A stretch of 64,000 bases of DNA. Origin: Octopus vulgaris. Lineage: Eukaryota. The translations under genes were made by a program, and so were the position numbers. Under the pieces are notes generated by a model. The model was given only the letters and a program-made list of their open reading frames with translations. It was not told the origin of the DNA and searched no databases. The stretch's first letter is position 1; each line of letters starts with the position of its first letter. The stretch is from the NCBI GenBank assembly GCA_951406725.2, contig OX597814.1, forward strand, positions 47,368,001 through 47,432,000, written 5' to 3'. This document shows, in pieces, positions 50,577 through 63,249 of the stretch.

Positions 50577-51508
50577 GAAGGGTAAAAATACTGCTTGCCA
50601 AAGATGAAAGAGAAAGCTTCAAAAACCACCAATGCTACGATAAATACAAACACGAGCAATGCAATAAACACTTTAAAATATAGGCCTACCCTCAGGATGG
50701 AATTTGAAGATAGTTTACATACCCCAATATCAATTGATTTCATGCTGTGCATGAGAAAAGATGCTTTGCAATCTTCAGATGGAGATAGTAGCATCTATTT
50801 CCAAAATATTCACTAAGTCAACTCGTGTGCCTTTCAAACTTTAAACATCCCGCTCCATTTAAAGAGAAAACTATCATAAGCAATAAAAAAGTAACTATAT
50901 GAAAGCATTATTGCTGTTAAAAACAGTAACAATGAGGCGGATAGCAAGACTTCTACCCTAATAGGCATAATATTAAATATTTGAATAAAAGAAGGGTAAA
51001 AATACCACTTGCCAAAGATGAAAGTGAAGGCTTTAAAAACCACCAATCCTACGATAAGTACACACATGAGCAATACACACGATAAATACACACATGAGCA
51101 ATACACACGATAAATACACATGAGCAATACACACAATAAATACACACATGGAGAGGGACATTTAAAGTTCAAAATGCACACAAGTTGACATAGTGAATAT
51201 TTTGGAAATAGATGTTACTATTTCCAACTGAAGATTGCAAAGCATGTTTTCTCATGCACAGCATGAAATCAATTGATATTGGGGTATGTAACCTGAAGGT
51301 AGGCCTATTTTTTAAAAGTGTTCATTGCATTGCTCATGTGTGTATTTATCATAGAATTGGTGGTTTTTGAAGCTTTTGCTTTCATCTTTGGCAAGCGGTT
51401 TTTTTACCCTTCAAATATTTAATATTATGCCTATTAAGGTAGAAGTCTTGCTAACCGCCTCATTTTTGCTGTTTTTAACAGCAATAATGCTTTCATATCG
51501 TTACTTTT
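50577..51508. mobile_element. Penelope-like pseudo-LTR fragments in direct and inverted arrangement
   Basis: Order is A(50577-50858), B(50859-50990), partial A(50991-51147), revA(51148-51412), revB(51413-51508). Contains hammerhead motifs and ends in (TA)n. Confidence 0.75.
51224..51282 (+). ncRNA. Minimal type-I hammerhead ribozyme motif (PLE type)
   Basis: CCAA-CTGAAGA-tTGC..GCAt-GAAA-TCAATTGA-TA-TTGG. Stem I CCAA/TTGG, palindromic stem III ATCAATTGAT. An inverted copy lies at ~50723-50781(-). Confidence 0.7.
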
Positions 51509-51819
51509 ATATATATATATATATATACACACACATACACACACACACACACATAGGGAAAAGGAGAAAAACAAATATGTGATATGATATTTGAAGTTAG
51601 ACAAGTAAAACACTTGATGGAAAAAGCATATTAATAGGAAATGTAATACAAGTGAAAGAATTTGTACAATGCAAATAAATATCCCAATGGAAGTAACATT
51701 TTTGCTCTTTATTAGAGAAAAGTTAAAACAATAAGAGAGGTAAGAAAAGTAGAAACAATACCAAATTTATAAAAACCTATTTACATTATAGTCTGGGAGT
51801 AGAATAATGATTGTGTAAA

Positions 51820-52630
51820 TCATCATCATGATTGTTTAATGTCTGTTTTCCATGCTGGCATGGGTTGGACAGTTTGACTGGGGACTGGCAAGCCAGGAGG
51901 CTGCACCAGGCTCCAATCTGATCTGGCAGTGCTTCTACAGCTGGATGCCCTTCCTAACGCCAACCATTCCGAGAGTGCAGTGGGTGCTTTTTATGAGCCA
52001 CCGGCACAGGAGCCAGTCAGGCAGCACTGGCAACAACCCACGCATGAATGGTGCTTATTGCATGCCACCAGCATGGGAGTCAGTCAGGTGGCACTGGCAT
52101 CAGCCACAACTATGATTTCTATTTGATTTTGATTTTACTTGACTCAGTAGGTCTCCTCAAGCACGGCATGTTGCCCGTTACTTTTTCAATGGTCTGGTTA
52201 TGCAACAATGGTGTAGGCTACGGCTGTGATCTTACTTTACTTGCCAGGTCTTCTCAATCACTGCATATTTCCAGAGGTCTCAGTCTTTCGTCATTGCCTC
52301 TGTGAGGCCCAACATTTGAAGGTCATGCTTCACCACCTCATCCCATGTCTTCCTGGGTTTCCCTCTTCCATGGATTCCTTCCGCTGTTAGGGAGTGACAC
52401 TTCTTCACACAGCTCTCCTCATCCATACACAGCACATAACCATACCAGCATAGTTGTCTCTCATGCACACCACATCTGATGTTTCTTATGTCCAACATTT
52501 CTCTCAGGGCACTTACATTCTGTCATGTGTGCACACTGACATTACATATCCAGCAGATCATACTAGCTTCATTTCTTTCAAGCCTATGCATGTCTTTAGC
52601 AGTCATGGCCCATGTTTCACTGCTGTGTAA
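51820..52630 (-). mobile_element. RTE LINE 3' portion (ORF2 C-terminus and modular 3'UTR)
   Basis: ORF 52280-52498 ERQLCWYGYVLCMDEE..GRGKPRKTWDEVVKHDL..LGLTEAMTKD is contiguous with the modules and tail. Confidence 0.92.
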
Positions 52631-52903
52631 ATAAAGGAATAAATTCAAGAATAGTATTTGACTTTTCAGAAATAGTACTTAACTATGATTAAAAAGTATT
52701 GCTTGTATAATTAAGAATGAATTAGAGAATAGTATGAGAAAAGCTTTGAGGAAGTAAGAATTTAGATGAGAGAGTGAGAGAGAGAGAATAAGAAAGTGAT
52801 ACAGAAGTTTTAGCTGTTCATCCCATCTTTTACATGACTGAATGTTCTAAACCTCCCATCTCTCTTTCACTTTCTTTCTCTCTTTACAGCCTAACTTGTT
52901 TTT

Positions 52904-52976
<73 letters not shown>

Positions 52977-53486
52977 CTCTCTTTCTCGTGCTTTCCAAAA
53001 TCCTTTCCTTCCACTCTTCTGACTTATTAATGACATAACCAATATCTTTTCTATAAATTTAGTATCATTTCTGAATATATGAAAGATGAAACTTTAGTTA
53101 AAAAGTATTCATGAATTTAGTCAATGATATCCTTTATTTGACACTCACACGTTAATTTTGATTCAGACCTTAAAGCTAACTGCCTGTTCCTCTGTTTCTC
53201 AAAGTGTCATCAGCAGTTAGAATGATCCTAATCAATGATGATACTGTGATTATGCAAGGAAACAGGTAGATAGCTGTAGTAGGTGCATTAAAATTCATAA
53301 ATATAAATTCTATGTTTAAAATACATTAAGTCTTTCATTGAAGTGTGGTCTTCTTCAGCTTTGTGTAGTTTACCTTTGTGTAGCATTATATTAATTGAAC
53401 ATGAAACTCAGAGTCACAAGATATTTTCATTGTATTTTATATTTCACACTACTTGTGTACTTTATTTGTAACCATCCTTATATATA

Positions 53487-53997
53487 GCGTAAATCCTCAA
53501 GCATAATCCACATTTTTTCCCCAAAATTTAAAGGTCAAAATCCCTAGTGCGTACTATATACAAGGTTAAAAATGAAAATTATTTTCTTAGCAATGTCCAA
53601 GTCTCTATTTGCTGTCGGCAATGTTTATTCAGATGCATTTTGTGATGTCGGGCACAAAAATACCTTAAGCTAAGCCTGAAAGCAATGAAGTCATAAAAGA
53701 ATCATCCATAACTTGCAGTAAGCAACATTTATTAAACGTTATTACTGTTATTTCTTTATTTTCTGCAAACAAAATGCACAAAAAAGCTACACGTTTGCAT
53801 TATGTTATATATACAATAATAATAAAGGACATTACCGTATACATTTTTACAAACCAAGGATGTTATATAGACCTCCTTGATTCAAGTTAGAGAAGGAGTG
53901 TGTATTATACACAAGGTTTAGGTTTTTCAGAGGTACAGCCCCATAAAAATCCCCTGCATATTATACTCAAGGGCGGACTATACTTGAGGATTTACGG
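53487..53997. mobile_element. Tc1/mariner-superfamily (Tc2/pogo-like) MITE, TA TSD
   Basis: TA|GCGTAAATCCTCAAGCATAATCC...GGACTATACTTGAGGATTTACGG|TA imperfect TIRs. Confidence 0.85.
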
Positions 53998-54859
53998 TAT
54001 ATATTAAAAGATTGCTATATTAGTTTCCATGATACATTGAGGAGTACTTCAGCTGTAAATATGTTGTACCTTAAGATCAAAATTTAACTCTCATGTTATA
54101 CTTGCCATTGTATGTATGTATGTATATATTTGTGTTCATGCATGTGTCAGGGAAATTTTCCAACTGATTATAGAAAATGCTGGAATATGGCTACCTTATT
54201 TCCATAACAGTTAATTTAGTGAATTTTCTCCTGTGAATTTATGTATCCTTGGCAGGACATGAGTAATATTTTGTAACTATAGTATTTCAGCTCACATAGT
54301 AGTAGACATATATTAACATATTTAGACAACGAATATTAGTAAAACTGAACCATAGTGATACTGTGGAGTAGAGTATCAGTGATCATGCCATAGACAAAAG
54401 ATTTTAATACTATTAACTATAAACGAGATAATCAATAAATGTTTTTATTCAACTGTGTGTGTTTTGGATTGTATTTATAGACCAACTTTTCAATATGGTC
54501 AGAAATTAGATTCACACACTCACACAAACATATGTATGTTTTTATTTCACACATCAGAGAAAAAGTACTCAATTCTTAGTGTAGAGTATAGATATTTCTC
54601 GTAAGCACACTCATTCAGTTTGGAAATTCTGAATCAGTTTACAAGCTGAAAAATCAAGACTTAATTTTTTTTGTGTCTTGTGAAACTTAGGATACAGGTG
54701 AGCTCTGACTGTCTGTAAACTATAGGCTCTGCTTTCAGTATTGAGTACTCTTTTTATCCATTCATATTAACTCTTAATTCACAATATACATTGAAATATA
54801 ACATTTGAAAGTGGAGTTAATTCAGTTGCTTGACTCCCCTCCCATGCACACACACACAC

Positions 54860-55270
54860 CATCATCATCATCATCATTTTCGCATCCACTTTTCCCTGCT
54901 TCCATGAGTCAAGTGGAATTTGTTAAGGCAGATTTCAACAGCTGGATTCCAACTATCACCTCTGTTTCCAAAAAAGAGATATTTCCCCTTGGCCTGACAT
55001 GTTTTTATGGTGTATTAGAAATGGTCACATCACTTGTATGATAACAATCATTTACAACTATTGTGCACTGTCAAGACATAGATAGGCATGGATACATACA
55101 TACATACACACTCACATATACACACACACAGATGGACCTACATACCAAATCCATTCTCAAGGCCTTGGTTGGCCCAGAGCTATAGTTGAAGACACCCAAG
55201 CTGCTGCACAGTAAGACTGAACCCAGAAGCATCTGGTTGAGAAGTAAACTTCTTAACAACACAGCTACAC
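54860..55270 (-). mobile_element. SINE with (ATG)n tail (9400 family)
   Basis: Colinear with 9400-9875. Confidence 0.75.
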
Positions 55271-55275
55271 ACACG

Positions 55276-55323
<48 letters not shown>

Positions 55324-55432
55324 AAATAATGAGGGTGATAAATTGAATATTAGTTAATATCAATTTAAAACCAGTAGCCTAGCATATAGAAAAACCTGGA
55401 AATTCAGAAAAATGTTAATACATGCATATATT

Positions 55433-55930
55433 AGGGATGACCACTAAGTGGACATCCAATATGCTAGAAGAAGATCACCTACAATCTAACTACAAAGAAA
55501 AGAATGTTCCCTAGAGAAATTCAGCAAACACCAGAACATAAGCGGGTAAGACAGATGAAAATATACAAAAATACAGAATTAATCATAGACTGGTTTCGCC
55601 ATCACCGAAATTACTTACGTAATTCTTGTTCGTGGACTCTTCAGTACAATCGTTCCAATTCAATATAATTTGTAGAACTATACACTAGTTGTCCTTATAT
55701 TGAATTGGGACGATTGTGCTGAGGGGTCCACGGATGATAGTTGCGTGAGTGATTTCGGTGATGGCGAGGCCGGTCTACGATTGGTTCTGTGTTTTTGTAT
55801 ATTTTCATCTGTCTTACCCGCTTATGTTCTGGTGTTTGCTGAATTTCTCTAGGGAACATTATTTTCTTTGTAGTTAGATCATAGGTGATCTTCTCTTAGC
55901 ATATTGGATGTTCACTTAGTGGTCATCCCT
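55433..55930. mobile_element. Penelope-like inverted repeat, 236-bp arms with a 26-bp spacer
   Basis: 55433-55668 is the reverse complement of 55695-55930. Contains a hammerhead motif; flanks are TA-rich. Confidence 0.9.
55585..55647 (-). ncRNA. Hammerhead ribozyme motif (PLE type)
   Basis: Reverse complement GTA-CTGAAGA-GTCCA..AATTACGTAAGTAATT..TGGC-GAAA-CCAGTC-TAT. The other arm keeps CCGGTC, the palindromic stem III and GUC site. Confidence 0.78.
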
Positions 55931-56194
55931 TGTATATCTATCTATATATATATATATAAATATATATGTAAGGAAATGAGATGACAAAGGAATAAAGGAT
56001 TATTTTATGAACTTCATTAGCTTACAGCTGTAAATTAATGAAATTCATAAGATAATCATTTATTCCTTTGTTACTTCATTTTCTTATCACTCTGTACTCA
56101 ACTAACACTTCATTCTGAAGTATATGTATATTAAGTTCTACACCAGGTTACTAGTCTCGCAATGCTTAAGTGAAATAGTTGAAGGAATCTGGGG

Positions 56195-56717
56195 TAGATG
56201 TAGACCCAGGAAGACATAGGATAAGGTGGTCAAGCATGACCTTCGAACGTTGGGCCTCACAGAGGCAATGACGAAAGACCGAGACCTGGAGATATGCTGT
56301 GATGTGACTGCTAAGACTCGACAAATGAAGTGAGTTCATGGCTCGCAGGATGGCCTGCTAAGCTTATCTGCTGTGCTTGAGGAGACCTATTGGGTCAAGT
56401 ACATCAGCATCAAAATAAAAATCAAATGGAAATTGTAGTTGTGATACCCGTGCCGGTGGCACATAAAATGCACCAACCGATTGTGGTCATTGCCAGCCTT
56501 CTCTGGCTCATGTGCCAGTGGCACGTAAAAAGCACCCACTACACTCATGGAGTGGTTGGCATAAGGAAGGGCATCCAGCTGTAGAAACACTGCTAGATCA
56601 GACTGGAGCCTGGTGCAGCCTCCTGGCTTCCCAGACCCCAGTCAAACCATCCAACCTATGCTGGCATGGAAAACGGACGTTAAACGATAATGATGTTGAT
56701 GTTGATGATGATGATGA
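56195..56717 (+). mobile_element. RTE LINE 3' end (ORF2 C-terminus, 2 modules, tail)
   Basis: RPRKT*DKVVKHDLRTLGLTEAMTKDRDL, then modules and (GAT)n, then (TA)n. Confidence 0.92.
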
Positions 56718-56772
56718 TATATATATACTAATGTTTTGAATTCCATTTTCCTGTTTACATTGCCAAACCTAT

Positions 56773-56830
<58 letters not shown>

Positions 56831-57209
56831 TAATGTTTTGAATTCCATTTTCCTGTTTGCATTCTCAAATATATATATATACATATATATGCCTTTCGTT
56901 TAACAGATGAAGGAAAGAATTCATAATACTTGCTGTATAATATATTTATTGTTATTTGTTTGAAACCTCAGATTCACTCCATTGTTACACGATGAGATCT
57001 TTCAGACAACAACAAGATAGTTGCTAGGAAGATCACATTGATAGAGAAATTCTGAGTAGCAAGAGATAGTCACCAGCTTAGAACAAGGATGTATGCTTGT
57101 ATATATGTGTTGTGTATGTGTGTATGTGTGTGTGGGGGGGTGTCTGTGTGTGAACATGTGCATGCATATATATGTGTGTGTATGTCATTGTCATCATAAA
57201 TATGCATTG

Positions 57210-57259
<50 letters not shown>

Positions 57260-58244
57260 ATGAACATATACTTGGAAATATGTTTTACTTTATTGGTATA
57301 GAATTTATTGAAACCAAGGCTGTTTATCTATCCTGTATCTTCTGCTTTTAATTAGCCTTTGATCTGCCATGCATTTCAATAACGATATCATTTATAGTAA
57401 TAATTATCCTAACAATAGCATAATTTCCTGCATATGTTAACCGTCTGTTTGTTTTGTATAATTCACTGAACATGACTGTATGTTTCATAGCTTATTAATT
57501 ATCTTTTGCCTAACTAATTAAGAGACACAACTTAATGGTCTCTCTAAAAGAGAAACAACTTTTGTCTTGTTTCACAGTTCTGTCTTCATCTGTATTTTTT
57601 TTTTCTTTTTTCTTTGTTTCCATTTGTTTGATGTCTTCTGCTAATATTAAAATGATATATAACAACGCTGTGCAGAAGCCATTCTATCATCTGTTGGGGT
57701 TTTTTGTTTTAGAAATGTGCCAACAGACACAAAGTATCTGTGTATATATACATATATACACACGCACACAATGCACAAAAACAAATACTGTAGATAAAAA
57801 GGTTGAGAATGGGCTGAGTGAATGGGCCTGTTCTTCATGCACCAGTAGACCAGAGTACACAGCTAGGATGGCGTTCGTGCTCTTATCAGCAAGGTTAATC
57901 TGAGATCAGTGAGATTTCACCACTGGCCCTTGGTAGCTGTCCCCATAATGGAACATTTCAACTGCATTCTGTTGTTTTTCATGCCTGTTTGCATATACTC
58001 ATTTCCCACCAATTTTGTAATTGATTCTTATAATGGCCCTTCATCTGCCATCCTTGTGGAAAATAAAAGAAATAATCATTTTTGTTTTTGTTTACTGTGA
58101 ACAATCATGTTTTACTGTCCTTAAAATTACTACCTGCTTCTATAGCAAGTTGATGCAGGTAGTTTATCCTATCCCCCTCTGACTTTAGTTCATGCAATTG
58201 AATAAACCGCATTATTTATGGAACGACCCAATATATGTTATATA

Positions 58245-58441
58245 TAGTTAATCCAAACAAGAAAGCACAAAAAAAACACAACAATGCGAGGACGTGGAAC
58301 AAATATAGTATTATTGGACGCTCAGGAAAGAAGGAGGGTTTAATGTTTCGAGCGGAGCTCTTCGTCGGAAACATAGGAGAAGAAAAGATCCAGAGAAGGG
58401 AAGACAGAGGAAAAAAATCACCAATGGTACACACGCGGTCA
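58245..58441 (-). mobile_element. PLE-like fragment with a minimal hammerhead (58338-58372)
   Basis: Reverse complement GTTT-CCGACGA-aGAGCtccGCTC-GAAA-CATT-AAAC, flanked by (TA)n. Confidence 0.7.
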
Positions 58442-58465
58442 CTATATATATATATATATATATAT

Positions 58466-59347
58466 ATGCATATTTGGCATATTTTGCTTCATGAGTTCAA
58501 TAAAGGCAACAACACAACTGAAAATGCAAGGAATATTAATGCAGTATATAGGGATCAGACATTAAGCATCAGCCAGTGTCAACGGTTGTTTTAGAAATTC
58601 TGAGCCACAAAATACAGCCTAGAAGACAAGTCTCACAAACTTTCTGAGTCTAATCACGTGCAGAGAGTGAATGTGTGCTCTTCTTTGCTGTCATGTCTCA
58701 TAAATGAACCTGTTTTGGGACTGAATAGTGACTGGTGACAAGAAATGGGTTCCCTATAAAAATGTCAAGTGCCAAAGACAGTGGGTAGAGAAAGGAGAAA
58801 CACCAGCACCCCATGCTAACGAAGGTCTTCATCTACATAAGGTGTTGTTATCTGTTTGGTGGAATATGAAAGGTTTAGTCCACTTTGAACTTTTAAACTC
58901 AAACCAAATGATAACAAAGGAGATCTACTGCAAGCAGCTTGATCGGCTTAAATCAGCACTAGAAGAAAAATTACCATCTTTGGTTTCAAGACGAAAGGTG
59001 TTCTTCCATTAGGATAATGCTCAGCTACATACAGTGAGGATGACATTCCAAAGGCTGGAGTAGTTTGAATGGCAAACAATACCCCACCCACCATATTTGC
59101 CAGACATTGCCCCATTTGATTATCATTTATTCCACAGTCTGCAAAATCATTTGGACGGAAAAAATGTAGACAAGGTCAGAACAGTACTAGGGAATTATTT
59201 TAGAAGAGGGTCCTTGCAAGTCTACCAGATAGATGGAAGGGCAGTGTAGAAAATGAAGGAGAGTATATTTTAGATTAAACTTCGTTTACCTTAATTTTGA
59301 AAAATAAAAAAACATTAAAAAACCGCATTATTTATGGGATAACCCAA
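58466..59347 (+). mobile_element. mariner (DD34D) transposase pseudogene with right TIR
   Basis: HTH remnant, IVTGDKKW, VLLSVWW, DNAQLH...PHPPYLPDIAPFDYHLF with 34 residues between the last two D. TIR CCGCATTATTTATGGGATAACCCAA|TA. Confidence 0.95.
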
Positions 59348-60716
59348 TATATGTATGTATGTGTGTGTGTATATATATATATAGATATATGTGCGTGTAT
59401 ATGTATATATATATGTGTGTATGTATGTGTGTGTGTGTGTATATATATAGATATATGTGCGTGTATATGTATATATATATATATGTGTGTATGTATGTGT
59501 GTGTGTATATATATATCTTTTAAATTTGTTTACTCAACATTCGGAATATGCAAATAAAGCTCCTATTTCATTGTGCTGTCCACTGTCTAATGATGCTGAC
59601 TAGTGAATCAGTTTTTCAGGGTTGCATCAAGTACCAATATGATGTTGGATAAATATAATAATAATAACAATAATCCTTGAATGAAATATACAAAATCACA
59701 TTTCTCTTCATCATCCCAGGAATACAGACTATGATCTTAAGAGACATGTGATTTGTGGAAACTCGTGTAAGCGTGATGCATTCATTAAATGTCTATAAAT
59801 TCCATCCAAAGATTATTGCTATTATTACTATATATTTATATATATATATATATATAAATTTATATATACTTTATTGTTAAGGCATATTACTCTACCTCCA
59901 GTATTCGAGTACTATCTTTTTCCTACTTTGTTTCACATTTATGTACTTACTCTGGTGTATGTGTGTGTGTGTCTTATATATAAATGGCAGAGAGGAGGTA
60001 GGCACACACACACACACACACACATGCATACATATACACACGTATGTACATACATGTCTGTTATACACTATTTTAAACTTGTGATTACCTGTGTGTACGT
60101 TTGTAAATGTGTGTCAGTGTGTGTGTGTGTGTAACATCCTATAACTGTCTTCCCCTCTACTTTTGTACGGTCTTTCCTGTTGCTGTCACATATTGTGAGA
60201 ATTTAAAATTATGTCAAAATTTTCAGATTTAGTATTTTGAAATAATTTTCCACATTAAGTCCAATTTTGCTATTTATTTGTTCAAGAAAAATGCAGAAAA
60301 ATGTTACAGAGGTTTAAAGTTTAATCAGTTTTACCTAATCAGAAAACAGGATTTGGAAGCTGGCATTTTGTACATGATAGCTGCATGATAGCTGGCATTT
60401 TCTGCATGAGAGTTGTCTATCACAAAATGAAAGCAAAATTATTATTAGGAGGAATTTTTATTAAACAAACCAAAGCAAAGCATTATGATGACCAAAGTTG
60501 TAAGAACTGAAGTTTTAAGGAATATAGTGAAATGATCAAACAGACACAAAAATAATTTAAAAGGGGAAAAAAAAATCCTCAATGAAGATTTTTTGCAAAA
60601 AATTGCACAAATCTTTCCTGATCAAGAGGCCTATCTGTTGAGGAAGGCATAGAAAAAAAATTTATATAAGACATTCTATTGTAAAAATTGTCTGACAACG
60701 ACAAACTATTCAATTA

Positions 60717-60760
<44 letters not shown>

Positions 60761-62247
60761 GAAGTTGATAAAAAGCAGAAGTCACTGTGTAGCAGTTATT
60801 ATTTACACAAGAATGGATCTCCTCACCTCTCTGAAAGAGAAGCATCAATTCTTTCAATCAAACATATTTGCTTTAGATGCATAAATAATGAGGTCAGTGT
60901 GATTAAATTTAAGTTAACACATATGTAACAGGTGCAATCACCACACACACACATATACATGAGAATAGTTTTAACCAATGATCTCATTTTAACCAATCCA
61001 ATTTTATTTTGAATTCTCTGGAATTGTTCCTTCTCGCTTGAATCTTTGTTTCTTCTCCCACGCCATCTGTCCACAAATGCCTTTGCTTCATGAAACAAAA
61101 TTGCTGAGTAGCGTTGCTACTACTAACACCTCAATCACCACCACCACCACCACTTTCAATAACACCACTACTTCTAACAATGCCACCATCACCATGGCCA
61201 TTAATGCATAATCAAAACATATTGGCTAGACAGTATGGCCACATTAGTCCTCTGAATTTGATAAAGCTTAATAAACAATTGTTTGAATGCCAGGAAAACA
61301 TGGTAATTTAAAATTTCGTTTTGATTCTGAAACTGAGATAACGATCAGATCCTTAGTTATATGAAGTTTATGTATGAATGACGAGCTGAAATATAACAAT
61401 GATCAGTGGGTGTTCACTCTGATGAGATGGTCAGTCAAATGGTGCTGGTGATAGTAGTGGTGGTGGTGGTGGTGGTGGTATATGTGTGGGTGATTTATGT
61501 TTAATCCATAAGTTTTTCTTTGATGATTTTCTAGCTCTTGAATTAGTTAAGTACATATTTTTGTTGTTGCATTTGTTTGTCTTTTCAACGACAACAGCCA
61601 GTAATAAAAGCAATCCAGTTATAACCCTGCTAAGAGTATTGTTTTGAAAAGTTCAAGTAGCTTTTGTCTGTAAACAAGTTTTGGCAGATAGAGTGTTAAG
61701 TAAGCAAACACCTCTGTCTCTGGCTTGTTGATCCACTTGGCCATCAGTGTTGCTTGTTAATGAAACTATGCAGAAGTGTACTTAGAAGTCTCTAAAAATG
61801 TATACATAACAATGTTGGTGTGTGTTTATGTGTGTAGCAATTCAATTCATAATCACTTTATCACACTGAAATACTCTAGATTGATATGGTGCTCTTTATC
61901 AGCAGTTGCAAAATGGTATTTGCTCTAACGTTACACAGTCACCAGAATGTAATACTGTGTTTTTCTCCACATAACAAAGGGTTTCTATTTTGTTATGTAA
62001 ATAAGGATTGCAAAATATTACTCGTAAATGGAGTGGTAGGGTAAATCCCTTAAATATTACAACTATGATATTTTTTCTAAGGACACAAGCACGGTTTATA
62101 GAGAGAAAAAAACTTGTTTCCCAACAATATGATCTTGGGTTCAGTCCTATGTAGCACTCTGAGCAAGTGTTTTCCACTATAGCCCCAGGTTGTCTAAAGT
62201 CTTGTGAGTGGATTTGATAGATGGAAGAAACAAACTGAAAGAAGCTC

Positions 62248-62312
<65 letters not shown>

Positions 62313-62378
62313 ACGACTGGATACCCTTCCTAATGCCAACCACTTCAAGAGTGTAATGGGTGCTTTTTACATATCATA

Positions 62379-62423
<45 letters not shown>

Positions 62424-62442
62424 TTGTATCCACATGCATAAA

Positions 62443-62493
<51 letters not shown>

Positions 62494-62559
62494 AGAATTT
62501 ACAAAAAGACAAAAGACGAAGATAGTGTAGATAACAAACAGATGTCTACACCTTAAAGG

Positions 62560-62835
62560 GTCTAGGCACTGTTTTTTTTTTAAGTTTGGGACTTATTCTA
62601 TTTGTCTCTTTTGCCAAACTGCTAATGTACACAAACCAATACTGGTTGTCAAGCAATGAGGGAAAACACACACACACACATATACATATGTGGTGGTTTT
62701 CATACAATTTCTGTCTCAAGATTCATTTGCAAGGCTGTAGTAGAAGACACTTGCCCAAGGTGCCACACAGTAGGACTGAACCTAGGATCACATGGTTGTA
62801 AAGTGAGTTTCTTAACCACGCAGCCATGCCTACAC
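62560..62835 (-). mobile_element. SINE (41146 family), deleted copy
   Basis: GAAGACACTTGCCCAAGGTGCCAC..GACTGAACC..CAGCCATGCC. Confidence 0.82.
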
Positions 62836-63249
62836 CTTTTGTTGCCTTTTTGTAAATTTTTTTTCGCAATTCTTACAGAATAGATATTATTGACCTCTCA
62901 CACAAGAAGATATTTATTTTATGAGAAGAGGGCTTCTAGTCACATGATTCAACCCCTTTAACTTGCCGGTATTTATTTTGTCAACATCAAGAATAGTAGA
63001 CCCAGATGTATTTATCAGGTAACTGAGAAGGATGAAATGAAATGCTATAACTTAGTGAGGCATTACACTATTGCATTGGGTTTCTCCATAACTTTGTAGA
63101 TCCTTATCTTACAGAAGAACATTTATTTACACAATCATAAAAGTAAGTATAATAAAAGGAACATTATATTGTATTTTCAAAAAATAAAACAAACACAATA
63201 TTGAAAACTATGTTTTTAAGGTTCATTTTCCTTTGAACTTTTGCTAAGT

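Noticed and set aside
60823-61098. Host exon MFHEAKAFVDRWRGRR...
   Set aside because: No recognisable domain or convincing splice sites, and it runs into a microsatellite.
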